From NCBI GenBank assembly GCA_964548275.1, contig CAZJQI010000004.1:13149-77148 (forward strand): DNA of 64,000 nucleotides, written 5' to 3'. This stretch comes from an uncultured Gemmatimonadales bacterium (GTDB taxonomy: Bacteria > Gemmatimonadota > Glassbacteria > GWA2-58-10). The stretch's first letter is position 1. Each line of letters opens with the position of its first letter. The notes below the pieces were generated by a model. That model saw nothing but the letters and a program-made list of their open reading frames with translations, ran no database searches and had not been told where the DNA came from. Both the position numbers and the translations under genes were made by a program. This document shows, piece by piece, positions 19,567 through 32,437 of the stretch.

Positions 19567-20478
19567 TTAATCCAGTTCCTCGATCACGAACTTGGTCGGG
19601 TCAGCTGCTTTATTGTTAATTTCGATCTGGTAATGAAGATGCGGGCCGGTGGTGCGTCCGCTCATTCCGATCAGGGCGATCAAATCACCCCTGCCAACCT
19701 TGTCCCCGCGCCTGACTTTTATCTCGCTCAGGTGGCCGTACTTGCTGACAATCCCGTCCCGATGTTCGATAAATATCACGTTGCCCCAGTAAACCTCTTT
19801 CCCGGCTAAAATAACCCTGCCTGCGGCTGTAGCCTTGACCGGCGTACCTATCTTGTTAACTAAGTCAATACCTCTGTGGAAATGTCGTTTTCCGGTGAAC
19901 GGCGACATTCGCCAGCCGAACCTGCTGGTCATATACCCCTGAGCAGGCAGGATCGATGGCGTGTAATCAAGGCGCTTTTTCTCCTGCAAGGCGAGATCGG
20001 CGAGCTCTTCGAGCCTTTTTTTCAAACGCTTGACTCGCTCATCAGTTTTCTCGTTTTCGTGACTAATGGACGGAAACTCATAACTATTCTCTTCCACCAT
20101 GGATTCAAGACCGTCTGCTGAAATAGTTTCCAATTCTTCGCCACCGCCTATTCCTCCCTTGTAGCTCACTTTGGAAGCCAAATTATCATTCTCAGGCAGC
20201 ACGCCCAGAAAGAAGGATATTTTCTCTTCGAAATTCTCTAACTCGACAAGGCGCTTTTTGACATTTTGCTGTTCAATCGTCAGATTCTGCATTGTTTGGG
20301 TATAAGAACTCCTTACGCTTCTGAGAATGTAGAAATTATAAGCAATTACCGTTGACCCGACAAAAAAAGCGATTGACAGCAGCAGAAGGGTCACTTTTAT
20401 AGTGGAGATTAAATCCAACCCGAGAGTGCGAGAACGCCCATCGGCAAAAAATATCATCAAATACATTTTATTTTTCAT
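19567..20478 (-). CDS. M23 family (LytM-type) peptidase with N-terminal TM and coiled coil
   Basis: C-terminal Peptidase_M23 motifs HRGIDL and GPHLHYQIEINN. It has an EnvC-like architecture. Confidence 0.8.
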   Translation of the reverse strand: MKNKMYLMIFFADGRSRTLGLDLISTIKVTLLLLSIAFFVGSTVIAYNFYILRSVRSSYTQTMQNLTIEQQNVKKRLVELENFEEKISFFLGVLPENDNLASKVSYKGGIGGGEELETISADGLESMVEENSYEFPSISHENEKTDERVKRLKKRLEELADLALQEKKRLDYTPSILPAQGYMTSRFGWRMSPFTGKRHFHRGIDLVNKIGTPVKATAAGRVILAGKEVYWGNVIFIEHRDGIVSKYGHLSEIKVRRGDKVGRGDLIALIGMSGRTTGPHLHYQIEINNKAADPTKFVIEELD

Positions 20479-20782
20479 CAGTAGCTTTCCCAGTATTGAA
20501 ATGCAAAAGACGAGAGATCTCTTCTTTGTTCGTCAGGCAGATATTCAGGTCGCTTTCAAGTTGTGTCTGTTCTTGGTTGATTCGTGTAAGCTGCTCCTGA
20601 ATCTGATTTTTTTCCCTGATCAGCCGCTGATTGTAGATAACACATTGGCTTGCAATGAAAGTAATTGCAGCGAAACAAACTATTGCGACAACGGATACTA
20701 AAGTGGGGTTCAACTTGCGAAGTTTCCCGCTGGTAGTCACGAGAAAATATGATGTCTTGGCTTTGATTCTGGATCGACTCAT
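20468..20782 (-). CDS. Small membrane-anchored coiled-coil protein
   Basis: 104 aa with one TM helix (LVSVVAIVCFAAITFIA) followed by a coiled coil. It overlaps the M23 gene by 11 nt. Confidence 0.4.
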   Translation of the reverse strand: MSRSRIKAKTSYFLVTTSGKLRKLNPTLVSVVAIVCFAAITFIASQCVIYNQRLIREKNQIQEQLTRINQEQTQLESDLNICLTNKEEISRLLHFNTGKATDEK

Positions 20783-21002
20783 TTTCGAATTCCCTGGCTT
20801 GTCAATGGCTGGAAATGCAATTTAATTCTCTCCAGAGGCGGCAATTTCCGGATAGAAAAATCATAGCAGAGCTATAACTTCCCTATCTATTTAAGTTATA
20901 ACGGATAATTAAAATTTTACTTTAATTATTGTTTTCCCCAACAGCGAGAAATAGTGCGCAAATTGTTTGAATCCGAAGCTTATTAGAATCCGAAGCTTAT
21001 TA

Positions 21003-21036
21003 GAAAAAAAGGATTTACCGCCAAAGCGGTAAATCC
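21003..21036 (-). terminator. Rho-independent terminator of the tRNA-Met transcript
   Basis: Perfect 11 bp stem ggatttaccgc/gcggtaaatcc with loop caaa. On the minus strand it is followed by T7. Confidence 0.65.
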
Positions 21037-21045
21037 CTGATATAA

Positions 21046-21122
<77 letters not shown>

Positions 21123-21209
21123 ACAATTGTCTAAAGGATAATTCTAAAGCTATTATACCTTAAACACTTTATTATGTCAAGTATTTTGGCCTTTTTGCGC
21201 AAAAATACA

Positions 21210-21542
21210 TTATTTGCCTGGTTTTAACGAATCGGCTGCACTATCCGGACCTTCGGGCAGGATTCGATATATAGTTTCTCCCTTGCCGGCCATTCCCAGA
21301 TTTTCCCGGGCCACCTTTTCGATGGCCTGTGGGTCTTCCCTGAACACCCTGATCTGGTCGGCGAGTATCTGGTTATGGATCCGGAGCTGCTCCACGTGCT
21401 CAGAAAGAGCTTTTTTCTTCTGGTAAAGTTTCCAGATGGAGACGAAATTATAGTCTCCTCCGAACAAGGCCAGGATAAGCAGGCCGCCAAACAGGGTCAG
21501 CAGTACAAGTTTTGGCCGTTTTTTCCAGGACAGGACCGGCAT
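21210..21542 (-). CDS. ftsB: Septum formation initiator FtsB/DivIC
   Basis: Start taken at the internal Met (MPVLSWKKRPK). It has a single TM plus a coiled coil (LSEHVEQLRIHNQILADQIRVF). It lies downstream of eno, a conserved neighbourhood. Confidence 0.7.
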   Translation of the reverse strand: MPVLSWKKRPKLVLLTLFGGLLILALFGGDYNFVSIWKLYQKKKALSEHVEQLRIHNQILADQIRVFREDPQAIEKVARENLGMAGKGETIYRILPEGPDSAADSLKPGK

Positions 21543-21576
21543 GGTAATTATCGATTTAAAGTTATCCGTGCAAAGC

Positions 21577-23894
<2,318 letters not shown>

Positions 23895-23931
23895 GGTTGC
23901 AATACTCCTTTTGGACGGTGAAAGGGCAAGT

Positions 23932-25179
23932 TCAGAAAGCTGACTTGACCAGGGAGGATTTACGCTGTTCGATCAGCTGGATGAACCGGCGGAAAAGGTA
24001 CCAGCTGTCGTGGGGCCCCGCACTCGATTCCGGGTGATGCTGCACGGAGAAAACAGGCCTCTTCTTGTGCCGGAAACCCTCGATTGTCTGGTCGTTGAGG
24101 TTTATGTGGGTCACCTCGAGATCAGCACACCCGTCGATCTGCCATTGCCCGTTCTCATCCTTGCTCCCCTTGATACAAAATCCATGGTTTTGAGTGGTAA
24201 TCTCTATTTTGCCAGTAGCGAGATTCATCACCGGGTGGTTGGCCCCGCGGTGACCGAATTTCAGCTTGAAACTCTCACCCCCGAAAGCAAGGCCAAGAAT
24301 CTGGTGTCCAAGGCATATGCCGAAAATCGGAAGATCGGGCAGCTGCTCGACTATATCCTTGACTGTCTGTTTGAGATAGGGCACCCCCTCCGGGTCTCCC
24401 GGACCGTTGGAGAGAAAGAGCCCGTCAGGGTTGAGGCTCAGAATTTCGGCGCTGCTGTAAGAAGCCGGAACCACAATTATCTTGCAGTCGAAATAAGAGA
24501 GGATCCGCAGTATGTTGAATTTGATTCCGCAGTCGATAGCCACCACGTAGTGTTTTCCGCTGTTGCCGCCCGGCTCCCGGGTCATGAGATCCTCGGGCCT
24601 GTCAGCAGTATAGATATAATAGTCTGCGGGCGATTCAGGTTCGGTGCCAGGACGGAAAATGTAACTTTTCTCGATAGTGACATTTTTTACCAGGTCCCGG
24701 CCGATAAGCCCCGGGTACTTGTAAAGCTTGTTCATCAATGATTCGTAGTTAAAATCGGCGGTGGAGATAATACCTTTCATTGCGCCCTTTTCCCTGATAT
24801 GAAGGGTGAGCGCCCGCGTATCGATTCTCTCGATTCCAACAACCCCTGCCTCACGAAGATATTCATCCAGGCTTTGGGTTGCCCGCCAGTTGGAGTGGTG
24901 GGCAGCATTCTCCCGCACGATAAATCCCTCGACCTGGATTCTCGAGCTTTCGATATCAGTCGGATTGATCCCCGTGTTGCCGATATGCGGGTAGGTCATT
25001 GTAACAATTTGACCATTGTAGGACGGATCGCAGAGTATCTCCTGGTAGCCGGTCATACTGGTATTGAAAACCACTTCGCCGATAGCCTCGCCCTCAGCCC
25101 CGAAAGAGTTGCCCTGGAACGTACGGCCGTCCTCGATAACAAGCACGGCGCGCTTCCCTTGTCTCTTGCCTCTAGACAT
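23932..25179 (-). CDS. carA: Carbamoyl-phosphate synthase small (glutaminase) subunit
   Basis: CPSase small-chain N-domain joined to a class I glutamine amidotransferase domain (GICLGHQ). Confidence 0.95.
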   Translation of the reverse strand: MSRGKRQGKRAVLVIEDGRTFQGNSFGAEGEAIGEVVFNTSMTGYQEILCDPSYNGQIVTMTYPHIGNTGINPTDIESSRIQVEGFIVRENAAHHSNWRATQSLDEYLREAGVVGIERIDTRALTLHIREKGAMKGIISTADFNYESLMNKLYKYPGLIGRDLVKNVTIEKSYIFRPGTEPESPADYYIYTADRPEDLMTREPGGNSGKHYVVAIDCGIKFNILRILSYFDCKIIVVPASYSSAEILSLNPDGLFLSNGPGDPEGVPYLKQTVKDIVEQLPDLPIFGICLGHQILGLAFGGESFKLKFGHRGANHPVMNLATGKIEITTQNHGFCIKGSKDENGQWQIDGCADLEVTHINLNDQTIEGFRHKKRPVFSVQHHPESSAGPHDSWYLFRRFIQLIEQRKSSLVKSAF

Positions 25180-25542
25180 AAATTATCGTTTTGTCCTAAA
25201 ATCGGGCCTTTGAGTTAACAGATGAGAAGAAAATTTAAATTCAAAAAAATATAAGTAGTTAAATGCTTGCGGTCAATATCTTTAAACGCTACAAAAAGTG
25301 CTAAGATCCAGTAACTTATTAATTTAAAGGATACTAAACAACTAAGCTTTTGATTGCTTTCTTGATATGGCCCAGAAGCGATTTGGTCTAGTATTGGTAA
25401 AGATGAGCGCAGCGTTTTGTAAGTATCTAAATTAGAGATGATAAGCCATACATCGGGGCAAGGCCACTGGAAACTAATAGCGGCGCTTTCAAGCTGTTTT
25501 ACTGCCGGAGGCGCTATTCGTAAGAATGTCTTTAAGTTTTTC

Positions 25543-25571
25543 TTGACAATGCCTTTGTATATCTATATAGT
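25543..25571 (+). promoter_or_regulatory. Candidate sigma70 promoter (TTGACA-17-TATAGT) about 540 nt upstream of ilvB
   Basis: ttgaca at 25543-25548, a 17 nt spacer, and tatagt at 25566-25571. Confidence 0.4.
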
Positions 25572-25633
25572 AAAAAACTCAATAAACACTCTGAGTCGGC
25601 AGCAGCTTTCGTTTATTCGAGGATTATGGCAGA

Positions 25634-25801
25634 ATGATTTATAACCTCTTACAGCTATCCTCTCCACACGCCTTACTCCGGCGCTTCAGCCTGATGCAGA
25701 GTACACGTCTATCTACTGCTTTGATTCTTTTGAGCATTTTGATTATTCTTCCCGTATCTTTGGGGGAAGGCTCCGGCTTGATTATAATAGGCCTACAATA
25801 G
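25634..25801 (+). promoter_or_regulatory. Candidate ilv leader-peptide ORF (55 aa, Leu/Ile-rich), possible attenuator
   Basis: Hand-translated sequence: MIYNLLQLSSPHALLRRFSLMQSTRLSTALILLSILIILPVSLGEGSGLIIIGLQ. It has 13 Leu, 8 Ile and 1 Val. A GAGG lies 14 nt upstream of the start. It sits in the long leader upstream of ilvB. Confidence 0.25.
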
Positions 25802-26112
25802 CCGCGAGCCCGTTCCCCCGATCAGCTTTAAATTTCTGAATCAATATATGCTTAGTCTGGGGAACTGGCCGGCCCGGTGCGGCTCTTGGTGCATTCATTT
25901 TGCGTTTTGAGGTAAAAATAGATTGAGAGATTAATATAGACGCAATGATTAATAACATTAAATTTATACATGACTTCACCATGTAAATATTAGCCTGCTG
26001 ATACTGGAATTTTTCCCGTCGGTGAATTTCAACCGTTCGGAGAACAGAAGGGAAACCGGTTCTCATGGCGGAGCCGCCGGCTTAATACCAACCATATACT
26101 GGAGATAGGGCT

Positions 26113-27837
26113 ATGCAGATAGTCAAGGAAAAGGAATCAGGCGCGAAAGTGAAAGCCGGAAAAAAAGAGCGGCTTTCTGGCTCTGAGATACTTATACGCT
26201 CCCTGATAAAAGAGAATGTCGACCACGTTTTTGGCTATCCTGGAGGTGTGGTAATCCCTGTTTTCGATAAGCTGTACAACTGCCCCAGGCCTAAGATCGT
26301 GCTCTGCCGACACGAGCAAGGCGCCCAGCATATGGCGGACGGCTACGCGCGAGCCTCCGGCAAAACAGGTGTTTGCCTTGTAACTTCAGGACCTGGAGCC
26401 ACCAACCTGGTTACCGGCATTGCCACCTCTTTCATGGACTCGATACCTGTAGTGTGTATCACCGGCCAGGTGGCCAGGGCCGCTATCGGCAATGATGCAT
26501 TCCAGGAGGTGGATATTGCCGGCATTACCCGTCCAATCACCAAGCACAGCTACCTGGTTCGGGATGTCGCGGATCTGGCCAGCACAGTCAAGGAGGCTTT
26601 CTTCATCGCTTCCACCGGTAGACCGGGCCCAGTGCTGATTGATATTCCCAAGGATGTGTTCCTTTCGGAATCGGTTTTCGAGTACCCTGATACTGTTGAC
26701 GTCCCGGGTTACAAACCTACAGAGCACGGGCACATTCAGCAGATCAAAAAGGCGGCAGAGGCGATAGCACAGGCTAAAAGGCCGGTTCTCTATGTTGGTG
26801 GGGGATGTATTTCTTCGAATTCCTCAGCCGAGCTGACTGAACTCGCTTACAAGGCCGGGATACCGGTCACAACCACCTTGCTCGGGCTCGGTGCTTTCCC
26901 GGAGGATGATCCGCTCTCTCTGGGGATGCTTGGGATGCACGGCACCTGGTATGCGAATATGGCGGTCAACGAAAGCGACCTGCTGATTGCTGTGGGCTCC
27001 CGTTTCGATGACCGGGTTACCGGCAAGCTCGATGCGTTCGCCCCAAAAGCCAGTGTGATCCATATAGATGTGGACCCGGCCTCGATCAGTAAGAATATCA
27101 AGGTGGACTATCCAATCGTGGGTGACTGTAAAAAAGTGCTAAAAACACTTCTGCCCTTGACAAAAAAGGCAGATACAGCAGACTGGCTCAGCATGATCCA
27201 CCACTGGAAAAAAACTCACCCTCTCAAGTACAATAAAAGCGAGAGTATCAAACCGCAGTATGTTATCGAGTCAATCCACAAGGTTTGCGGTGATGATACA
27301 GTTGTTTCAACTGATGTCGGCCAGCACCAGATGTGGGTCGCTCTGCACTATAAGTTTCTCAAACCGCGCACTCTTATGACCTCAGGCGGGCTGGGAACCA
27401 TGGGCTTCGGTTTTCCGGCGGCAATCGGCGCGGCCCTGGCTTCACCGGACAGAAAAGTGGTTGCCATAGTTGGTGACGGCGGCTTCCAGATGACCGTGCA
27501 GGAGGTTGCCACAGCCGTATCCGAGCGGCTCAACGTGATTGTGGCAATATTAAACAACGGATTCCTAGGCATGGTCCGACAGTGGCAGGAACTGTTTTTC
27601 GGCAAGCGCTATAGCCATACCTGCCTCGAATTTACGAACCCTGATTTTGTCAAGCTGGTCGAAGCTTATGGGGCAAAGGGAATGAGAGTCGAAAAACACG
27701 ACAAGGTGGTTCCGGTGCTCGAAAAGGCTATGAAAGTGAAAAATTGCCCGGTATTCATCGACTTTCACATTGACCGCCATGAAAACGTTTACCCGATGAT
27801 TCCGCCCGGTAAAATGGCCACGGATATTATCGAATAA
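26113..27837 (+). CDS. ilvB: Acetolactate synthase large subunit (ThDP-dependent)
   Basis: Three TPP_enzyme domains. It has a GDG...NN ThDP motif region. It is followed by a small ACT-domain subunit. Confidence 0.95.
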   Translation: MQIVKEKESGAKVKAGKKERLSGSEILIRSLIKENVDHVFGYPGGVVIPVFDKLYNCPRPKIVLCRHEQGAQHMADGYARASGKTGVCLVTSGPGATNLVTGIATSFMDSIPVVCITGQVARAAIGNDAFQEVDIAGITRPITKHSYLVRDVADLASTVKEAFFIASTGRPGPVLIDIPKDVFLSESVFEYPDTVDVPGYKPTEHGHIQQIKKAAEAIAQAKRPVLYVGGGCISSNSSAELTELAYKAGIPVTTTLLGLGAFPEDDPLSLGMLGMHGTWYANMAVNESDLLIAVGSRFDDRVTGKLDAFAPKASVIHIDVDPASISKNIKVDYPIVGDCKKVLKTLLPLTKKADTADWLSMIHHWKKTHPLKYNKSESIKPQYVIESIHKVCGDDTVVSTDVGQHQMWVALHYKFLKPRTLMTSGGLGTMGFGFPAAIGAALASPDRKVVAIVGDGGFQMTVQEVATAVSERLNVIVAILNNGFLGMVRQWQELFFGKRYSHTCLEFTNPDFVKLVEAYGAKGMRVEKHDKVVPVLEKAMKVKNCPVFIDFHIDRHENVYPMIPPGKMATDIIE

Positions 27838-27869
27838 AAACCTTATATATCCGACAACGGAGACAGCAG

Positions 27870-28388
27870 ATGCAACACACTATTTCTCTACTGGTGGAGA
27901 ACAAGTTCGGGGTCTTGGCTCGAATCTCCAATCTGTTTAGCGGCAAAGGTTTTAACATGGACTGTATCTGCGTGGGAGAGACAGAAAACCCCGAACTGAG
28001 CCGCATGACAATTGTCACCCACGGTGACGACATGGTTATCGAACAGATAATCAAACAGCTCAACCGGCTGATCAATGTAATCAAGGTGGTCGATCTTACC
28101 TTCGAGGAACATATCAACCGGGAACTTGCGCTGATCAAGCTCAGCTGCACTGCCTCGACACGCAACTCGATAGCACAGATCGCCGACATCTTCCAGGCCA
28201 AAATTGTGGATATCTCGCCCAAGACTCTGACTATCGAGGTTACAGGCGGCAACAAGAAGGTTCAGGCATGTATTAATATGCTCCAGCCATTCGGGATCAA
28301 GGAAATGGCCCGCACCGGTATAGTAGCTCTAAAGCGCGAGTATACAGGCAAAAGCCCTGACTGGTCCTCGAGCAAAATGCCGGCCTGA
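27870..28388 (+). CDS. ilvN: Acetolactate synthase small (regulatory) subunit
   Basis: N-terminal ACT domain (ISLLVENKFGVLARISNLFSGKGFN) plus an ALS_ss_C domain. Confidence 0.9.
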   Translation: MQHTISLLVENKFGVLARISNLFSGKGFNMDCICVGETENPELSRMTIVTHGDDMVIEQIIKQLNRLINVIKVVDLTFEEHINRELALIKLSCTASTRNSIAQIADIFQAKIVDISPKTLTIEVTGGNKKVQACINMLQPFGIKEMARTGIVALKREYTGKSPDWSSSKMPA

Positions 28389-28589
28389 TTGAGCATACGC
28401 CGAAACCAGTATGATTTTCGCAAGCAGCCGGGCATGTCTCGCCCGGTTGAAGATTATTTCGAATCAAATAGATATCGTTTATTTTGTGGTTACGCGTGTG
28501 CGGCCGGTTCGGTGCGCCGGATCAGGTCTGAATTTCCGAATAATCGAAAGGCGATATTTCCAACATGTCCAATAAAGTGGAGGCGCTAA

Positions 28590-29579
28590 ATGAAAATTTA
28601 CTACGAAAAAGACGCTAAGCCTGCTGTTTTAAAGAAACGCAAGATCGCCATTATCGGTTACGGCAGCCAGGGTCACGCCCAGGCGCAGAATCTGAGGGAC
28701 AGCGGTTTCGATGTGATCGTGAGTGAACTGAAAGGCACGGCCAACTACAAGCAGGCTCTCAAGGATGGTTTCAAGCCGCTTACAGCGGCCGAAGCCGCTA
28801 AGAGTGCAGATGTGATCCAGATCCTTCTTCCGGATCAGATCCAGGCCGATGTCTACTGTTCCGATATCGACCAGCACATGAAAAAGGGCAAGGCACTGGT
28901 TTTCAGCCACGGTTTCAATATCCATTTCGGCCAGATAGTGCCTCCTGCCGAGGCGGATGTATTCATGGTCGCTCCCAAGGGCCCCGGTCACCTTGTACGG
29001 CGTATCTATACTGAAGGGGGTGGAGTACCCTGCCTGATCGCCCTCCAGCAGGATGCCACCGGCAAGGCCCACGAGTTGGCCCTGGCCTTCGCCTGCGGAA
29101 TCGGGGCTGGAAGGGCCGGAATCATTGAGACAACTTTCGCTGAGGAAACCGAAACCGATCTTTTCGGCGAGCAGGTCGTGCTCTGCGGTGGACTCACCGA
29201 GCTTATGCGCGCCGGATTCGATACCCTGGTTGAGGCTGGCTACCAGCCAGAGATCGCCTATTTCGAGTGCCTGCACGAGGTGAAACTGATCGTGGACCTG
29301 ATTTACGAAGGCGGTATCGCAAACATGCGCAACTCCATTTCCGATACCGCCGAGTACGGCGATCTGGTGACCGGCAAGCGAATTATTAACGAGCAGGTGC
29401 GCCAGGAGATGAAAAAAGTGCTTTCCGAGATTCAGGACGGCTCCTTTGCCCGCCAGTGGCTTTTGGAAAACAAGGTCGGCCGTCCGGTTTACAACGCCCG
29501 TAAGCGCCAGGACGCCGAGCACATGGTCGAAAAGGTTGGCGCTAAATTGCGTAAAATGATGACCTGGATGAAAAAGTAG
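28590..29579 (+). CDS. ilvC: Ketol-acid reductoisomerase
   Basis: NAD(P)-binding motif [15 protein letters not shown]. Class I KARI family. Confidence 0.95.
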   Translation: MKIYYEKDAKPAVLKKRKIAIIGYGSQGHAQAQNLRDSGFDVIVSELKGTANYKQALKDGFKPLTAAEAAKSADVIQILLPDQIQADVYCSDIDQHMKKGKALVFSHGFNIHFGQIVPPAEADVFMVAPKGPGHLVRRIYTEGGGVPCLIALQQDATGKAHELALAFACGIGAGRAGIIETTFAEETETDLFGEQVVLCGGLTELMRAGFDTLVEAGYQPEIAYFECLHEVKLIVDLIYEGGIANMRNSISDTAEYGDLVTGKRIINEQVRQEMKKVLSEIQDGSFARQWLLENKVGRPVYNARKRQDAEHMVEKVGAKLRKMMTWMKK

Positions 29580-29590
29580 GAGTTCTGCCA

Positions 29591-31165
29591 ATGGCAACTA
29601 TTGAAGTCTATGATACAACCCTGCGCGATGGGACACAGGCCGAGGATATCTCCTTTACCCTCGAGGATAAAATGCGGATCGCCCATATTCTCGACGAAAT
29701 GGGCTTCCACTACATCGAGGGCGGGTATCCGGGTTCCAATCCCAAGGACGCGCTCTTTTTCGAGGAAGTCAAGAAGTCGCCGCTCAAAAAGGCCAAACCC
29801 ACGGCTTTCGGTATGACCCGCAGGGTCGGCGGCCAGGTGGAGAGTGACTCGATAATCAACAGCCTGCTCAGCGCGGAAACCGAGGTGGTAACCGTGGTAG
29901 GCAAGAGCTGGGACCTCCATGTCCGGGATGCCCTGCGTACGAAACTGGATGAAAATCTCAGGGCCATCTACGAATCTCTGGATTACCTGAAAAAGCGCGA
30001 CAGGATGGTGATTTACGATGCGGAACACCTGTTCGACGGTTACCGGGCAAATCCCGAGTATTGCCTCAAGACTCTCAAGGCCGCAGAGGATGCCGGGGCG
30101 GACAGGATAGTGCTCTGCGACACCAATGGCGGCAGCCTGCCCTCGTTTGTCAGCGAAGTGGTGAAAAAGGTCGCCGAAACAATTAATGTACCGCTCGGGA
30201 TCCACACCCATAACGATTCGGAACTGGCAGTGGCCAATACTCTCGTCGCAGTAGAGGCGGGTGCGATGCATGTACAGGGCACGATCAACGGCTACGGCGA
30301 GCGCTGCGGCAATGCAAACCTGGTCTCGATCATCCCGGACATAATGCTTAAAATGGGCTATGACGCGATCCCGAGCCGACATCTCAAGCGGCTTCGCGAG
30401 CTTGCCCGCTTTGTCAACGAACTGGCAAATATGCCGGATAACAAGCGCCAGGCCTTTGTCGGTGAGAGCGCTTTCGCCCACAAGGGCGGCATGCATGTCT
30501 CTGCCGTGGTGCGCAACCCGGAAACCTATGAACATATCGATCCCGAATTTGTCGGCAATCACCGCAGGGTGCTGGTCAGCGACCTGAGCGGCAGGAGCAA
30601 TATCCTTTACAAGGCCCAGGAATTCGGCATCGATATAGATAGCAAAGACCCGGTGGTGAGGGAGATCCTTGATAAGCTCAAGACCCTCGAATACGAAGGG
30701 TTCCAGTACGAGGGCGCCGAAGCCAGTTTCGAACTGTTGATCAAACGCGCCCAAGGGAAGCTGCCCGAGTTTTTCGAGTTATTAGGCTTTCGCGTGACCG
30801 ACCAGAAAAGCTTCGACACGGAGGTTCCCTCCTCCGAGGCGACGATCATGGTCAAGGTGGACGGCCAGACAGAACACACCGCCGCAGTTGGCAACGGGCC
30901 GGTTAACGCTATTGACAATGCCCTGCGCAAGGCGCTGGAGAAATTCTACCCCGAGCTCAAGGAAGTCAAACTTCTCGATTACAAGGTGCGCGTATTGCCC
31001 ATGGGCGCGGGCACTGCCTCGATGGTGCGCGTGCTGATCGAATCCGGCGATAATAAAAACAAATGGGGCACGGTGGGCGTTTCCTTTAATATCGTGGATG
31101 CCAGTTGGCAGGCCCTTACCGACAGTGTTATTTACAAGCTTCTCAATTCCAGGGGAGCTAAGTAA
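29591..31165 (+). CDS. cimA: LeuA-family synthase, probably (R)-citramalate synthase CimA-type (524 aa, LeuA_dimer C-terminus)
   Basis: HMGL-like TIM barrel ([12 protein letters not shown]) plus a C-terminal regulatory domain. Its length and operon context resemble the Geobacter/Leptospira CimA rather than a canonical LeuA. A phylogenetic tree is needed to distinguish them. Confidence 0.75.
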   Translation: MATIEVYDTTLRDGTQAEDISFTLEDKMRIAHILDEMGFHYIEGGYPGSNPKDALFFEEVKKSPLKKAKPTAFGMTRRVGGQVESDSIINSLLSAETEVVTVVGKSWDLHVRDALRTKLDENLRAIYESLDYLKKRDRMVIYDAEHLFDGYRANPEYCLKTLKAAEDAGADRIVLCDTNGGSLPSFVSEVVKKVAETINVPLGIHTHNDSELAVANTLVAVEAGAMHVQGTINGYGERCGNANLVSIIPDIMLKMGYDAIPSRHLKRLRELARFVNELANMPDNKRQAFVGESAFAHKGGMHVSAVVRNPETYEHIDPEFVGNHRRVLVSDLSGRSNILYKAQEFGIDIDSKDPVVREILDKLKTLEYEGFQYEGAEASFELLIKRAQGKLPEFFELLGFRVTDQKSFDTEVPSSEATIMVKVDGQTEHTAAVGNGPVNAIDNALRKALEKFYPELKEVKLLDYKVRVLPMGAGTASMVRVLIESGDNKNKWGTVGVSFNIVDASWQALTDSVIYKLLNSRGAK

Positions 31166-31396
31166 ATTCCCCTCGAATGTTGGTTTACCGGTAAGTTGCA
31201 GGGTTATGGCACGCTTTACCCTGTGGGTGCTGTATTTCTGAACAAATTAACTTGTTTTGCAAATTCATCGCCACTGTCCCGGACAGGGAAAGCTCGGAAT
31301 CCGCCACGAAAAAATTATTGTTCTTCCGGCAGAGATTTCTTCCCCCTGGCGGATGGTTTTCGCTGCACTCTATCTCAATCGCGAGGGCTTTTGTTT

Positions 31397-32275
31397 ATGG
31401 AACCCAAGGTTTATATCGATGGTACTCTCTATCCCAAGAGCGAGGCGAAAATAAACGTTTTCGACCACGGACTTCTTTACGGCGACGGTGTATTCGAGGG
31501 AATCAGAGTTTACTCCGGCCGGATATTCCGGTTTGCCGAGCACATGGAGCGTCTCTACGAAGGCGCTGAGGTTATCAGGCTCCAGATTCCTCTCAGCCGC
31601 CAAAAGCTGGAACAGGCGGTAGTCGATACTGTGAAAGCCAACGGCATGAGGGATGCATACATCCGCCTGGTGGTCACCAGGGGAGAAGGAGACCTGGGGA
31701 TCGACCCGAAAAAGTGTTCCAGAAGCTCGATAATTATTATTGTCGATAAAATTCAGCTTTATGATGAAAAGCTCTACAAGGAGGGAATACCGATCATAAC
31801 CGCCTCGACCCGCCGCATATCTCCCGATATGATCAGCCAGCGCGTTAAAAGTCTCAACTATCTCAATAACATAATAGCAAAAATGGAAGCAAACCTGGCC
31901 GGTGTGCCGGAAAGCTTGATGCTCAGCGCAGACGGCTATGTATGCGAATGCAGCGCTGACAACATTTTCATTGTTAAACGCGGGGAACTTCTCACTCCTT
32001 CGCCCGAGTTCCCGATCCTTCTCGGTGTTACGCGCGCAGTGGTGATGGAGATTGCAGTCAGAAAGGGTGTCCCTGTGCGCGAGCTGCCACTGACACTTCA
32101 CGATGTCTATGTGGCAGATGAATGTTTTCTCACCGGTACAGGCGCTGAGCTGATTCCGGTGATTTCCATCGACAGGCGTAAAATCGGTAGCGGCAAGCCG
32201 GGCCCTGTGACCGGAATGCTTCTCGAAGAATTCCAATCTCTGCGCAACAGCGAGGGAACCAACCTCTTTGCCTGA
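31397..32275 (+). CDS. ilvE: Branched-chain amino acid aminotransferase (class IV)
   Basis: Start at MEPKVYIDGTLYPKSEAKINVFDHGLLYGDGVFEGIRVY. Fold-type IV PLP enzyme. The track ORF starts upstream (31196) in noncoding sequence. Confidence 0.85.
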   Translation: MEPKVYIDGTLYPKSEAKINVFDHGLLYGDGVFEGIRVYSGRIFRFAEHMERLYEGAEVIRLQIPLSRQKLEQAVVDTVKANGMRDAYIRLVVTRGEGDLGIDPKKCSRSSIIIIVDKIQLYDEKLYKEGIPIITASTRRISPDMISQRVKSLNYLNNIIAKMEANLAGVPESLMLSADGYVCECSADNIFIVKRGELLTPSPEFPILLGVTRAVVMEIAVRKGVPVRELPLTLHDVYVADECFLTGTGAELIPVISIDRRKIGSGKPGPVTGMLLEEFQSLRNSEGTNLFA

Positions 32276-32437
32276 GAGCTCAGGTTGGCCTGTCGCAGCA
32301 GTTGATACGACCCGGGAGCCATTTTTTTTGCGTCTTGTCTTTCATCATTGTATTTTATTCCCTTCGAAGTTTGAACTCCTTTTGAAATCCTCCATCTGGA
32401 TGACAGAAAATTTCTGCACGCGGAGGTTCGGCCTGCG

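Noticed and set aside
25438-26066. Track ORFs 25438-25644 (+) and 25782-26066 (-) in the ilvB leader region
   Set aside because: They lie in AT-rich noncoding leader and have no RBS or domain evidence. The Leu/Ile-rich uORF in another frame is the more plausible functional element.
25180-26112. T-box riboswitch or other known riboswitch upstream of ilvB
   Set aside because: No T-box consensus (AATTAGGGTGGNACCGCG) or specifier-loop architecture was found. A leader-peptide mechanism fits better.
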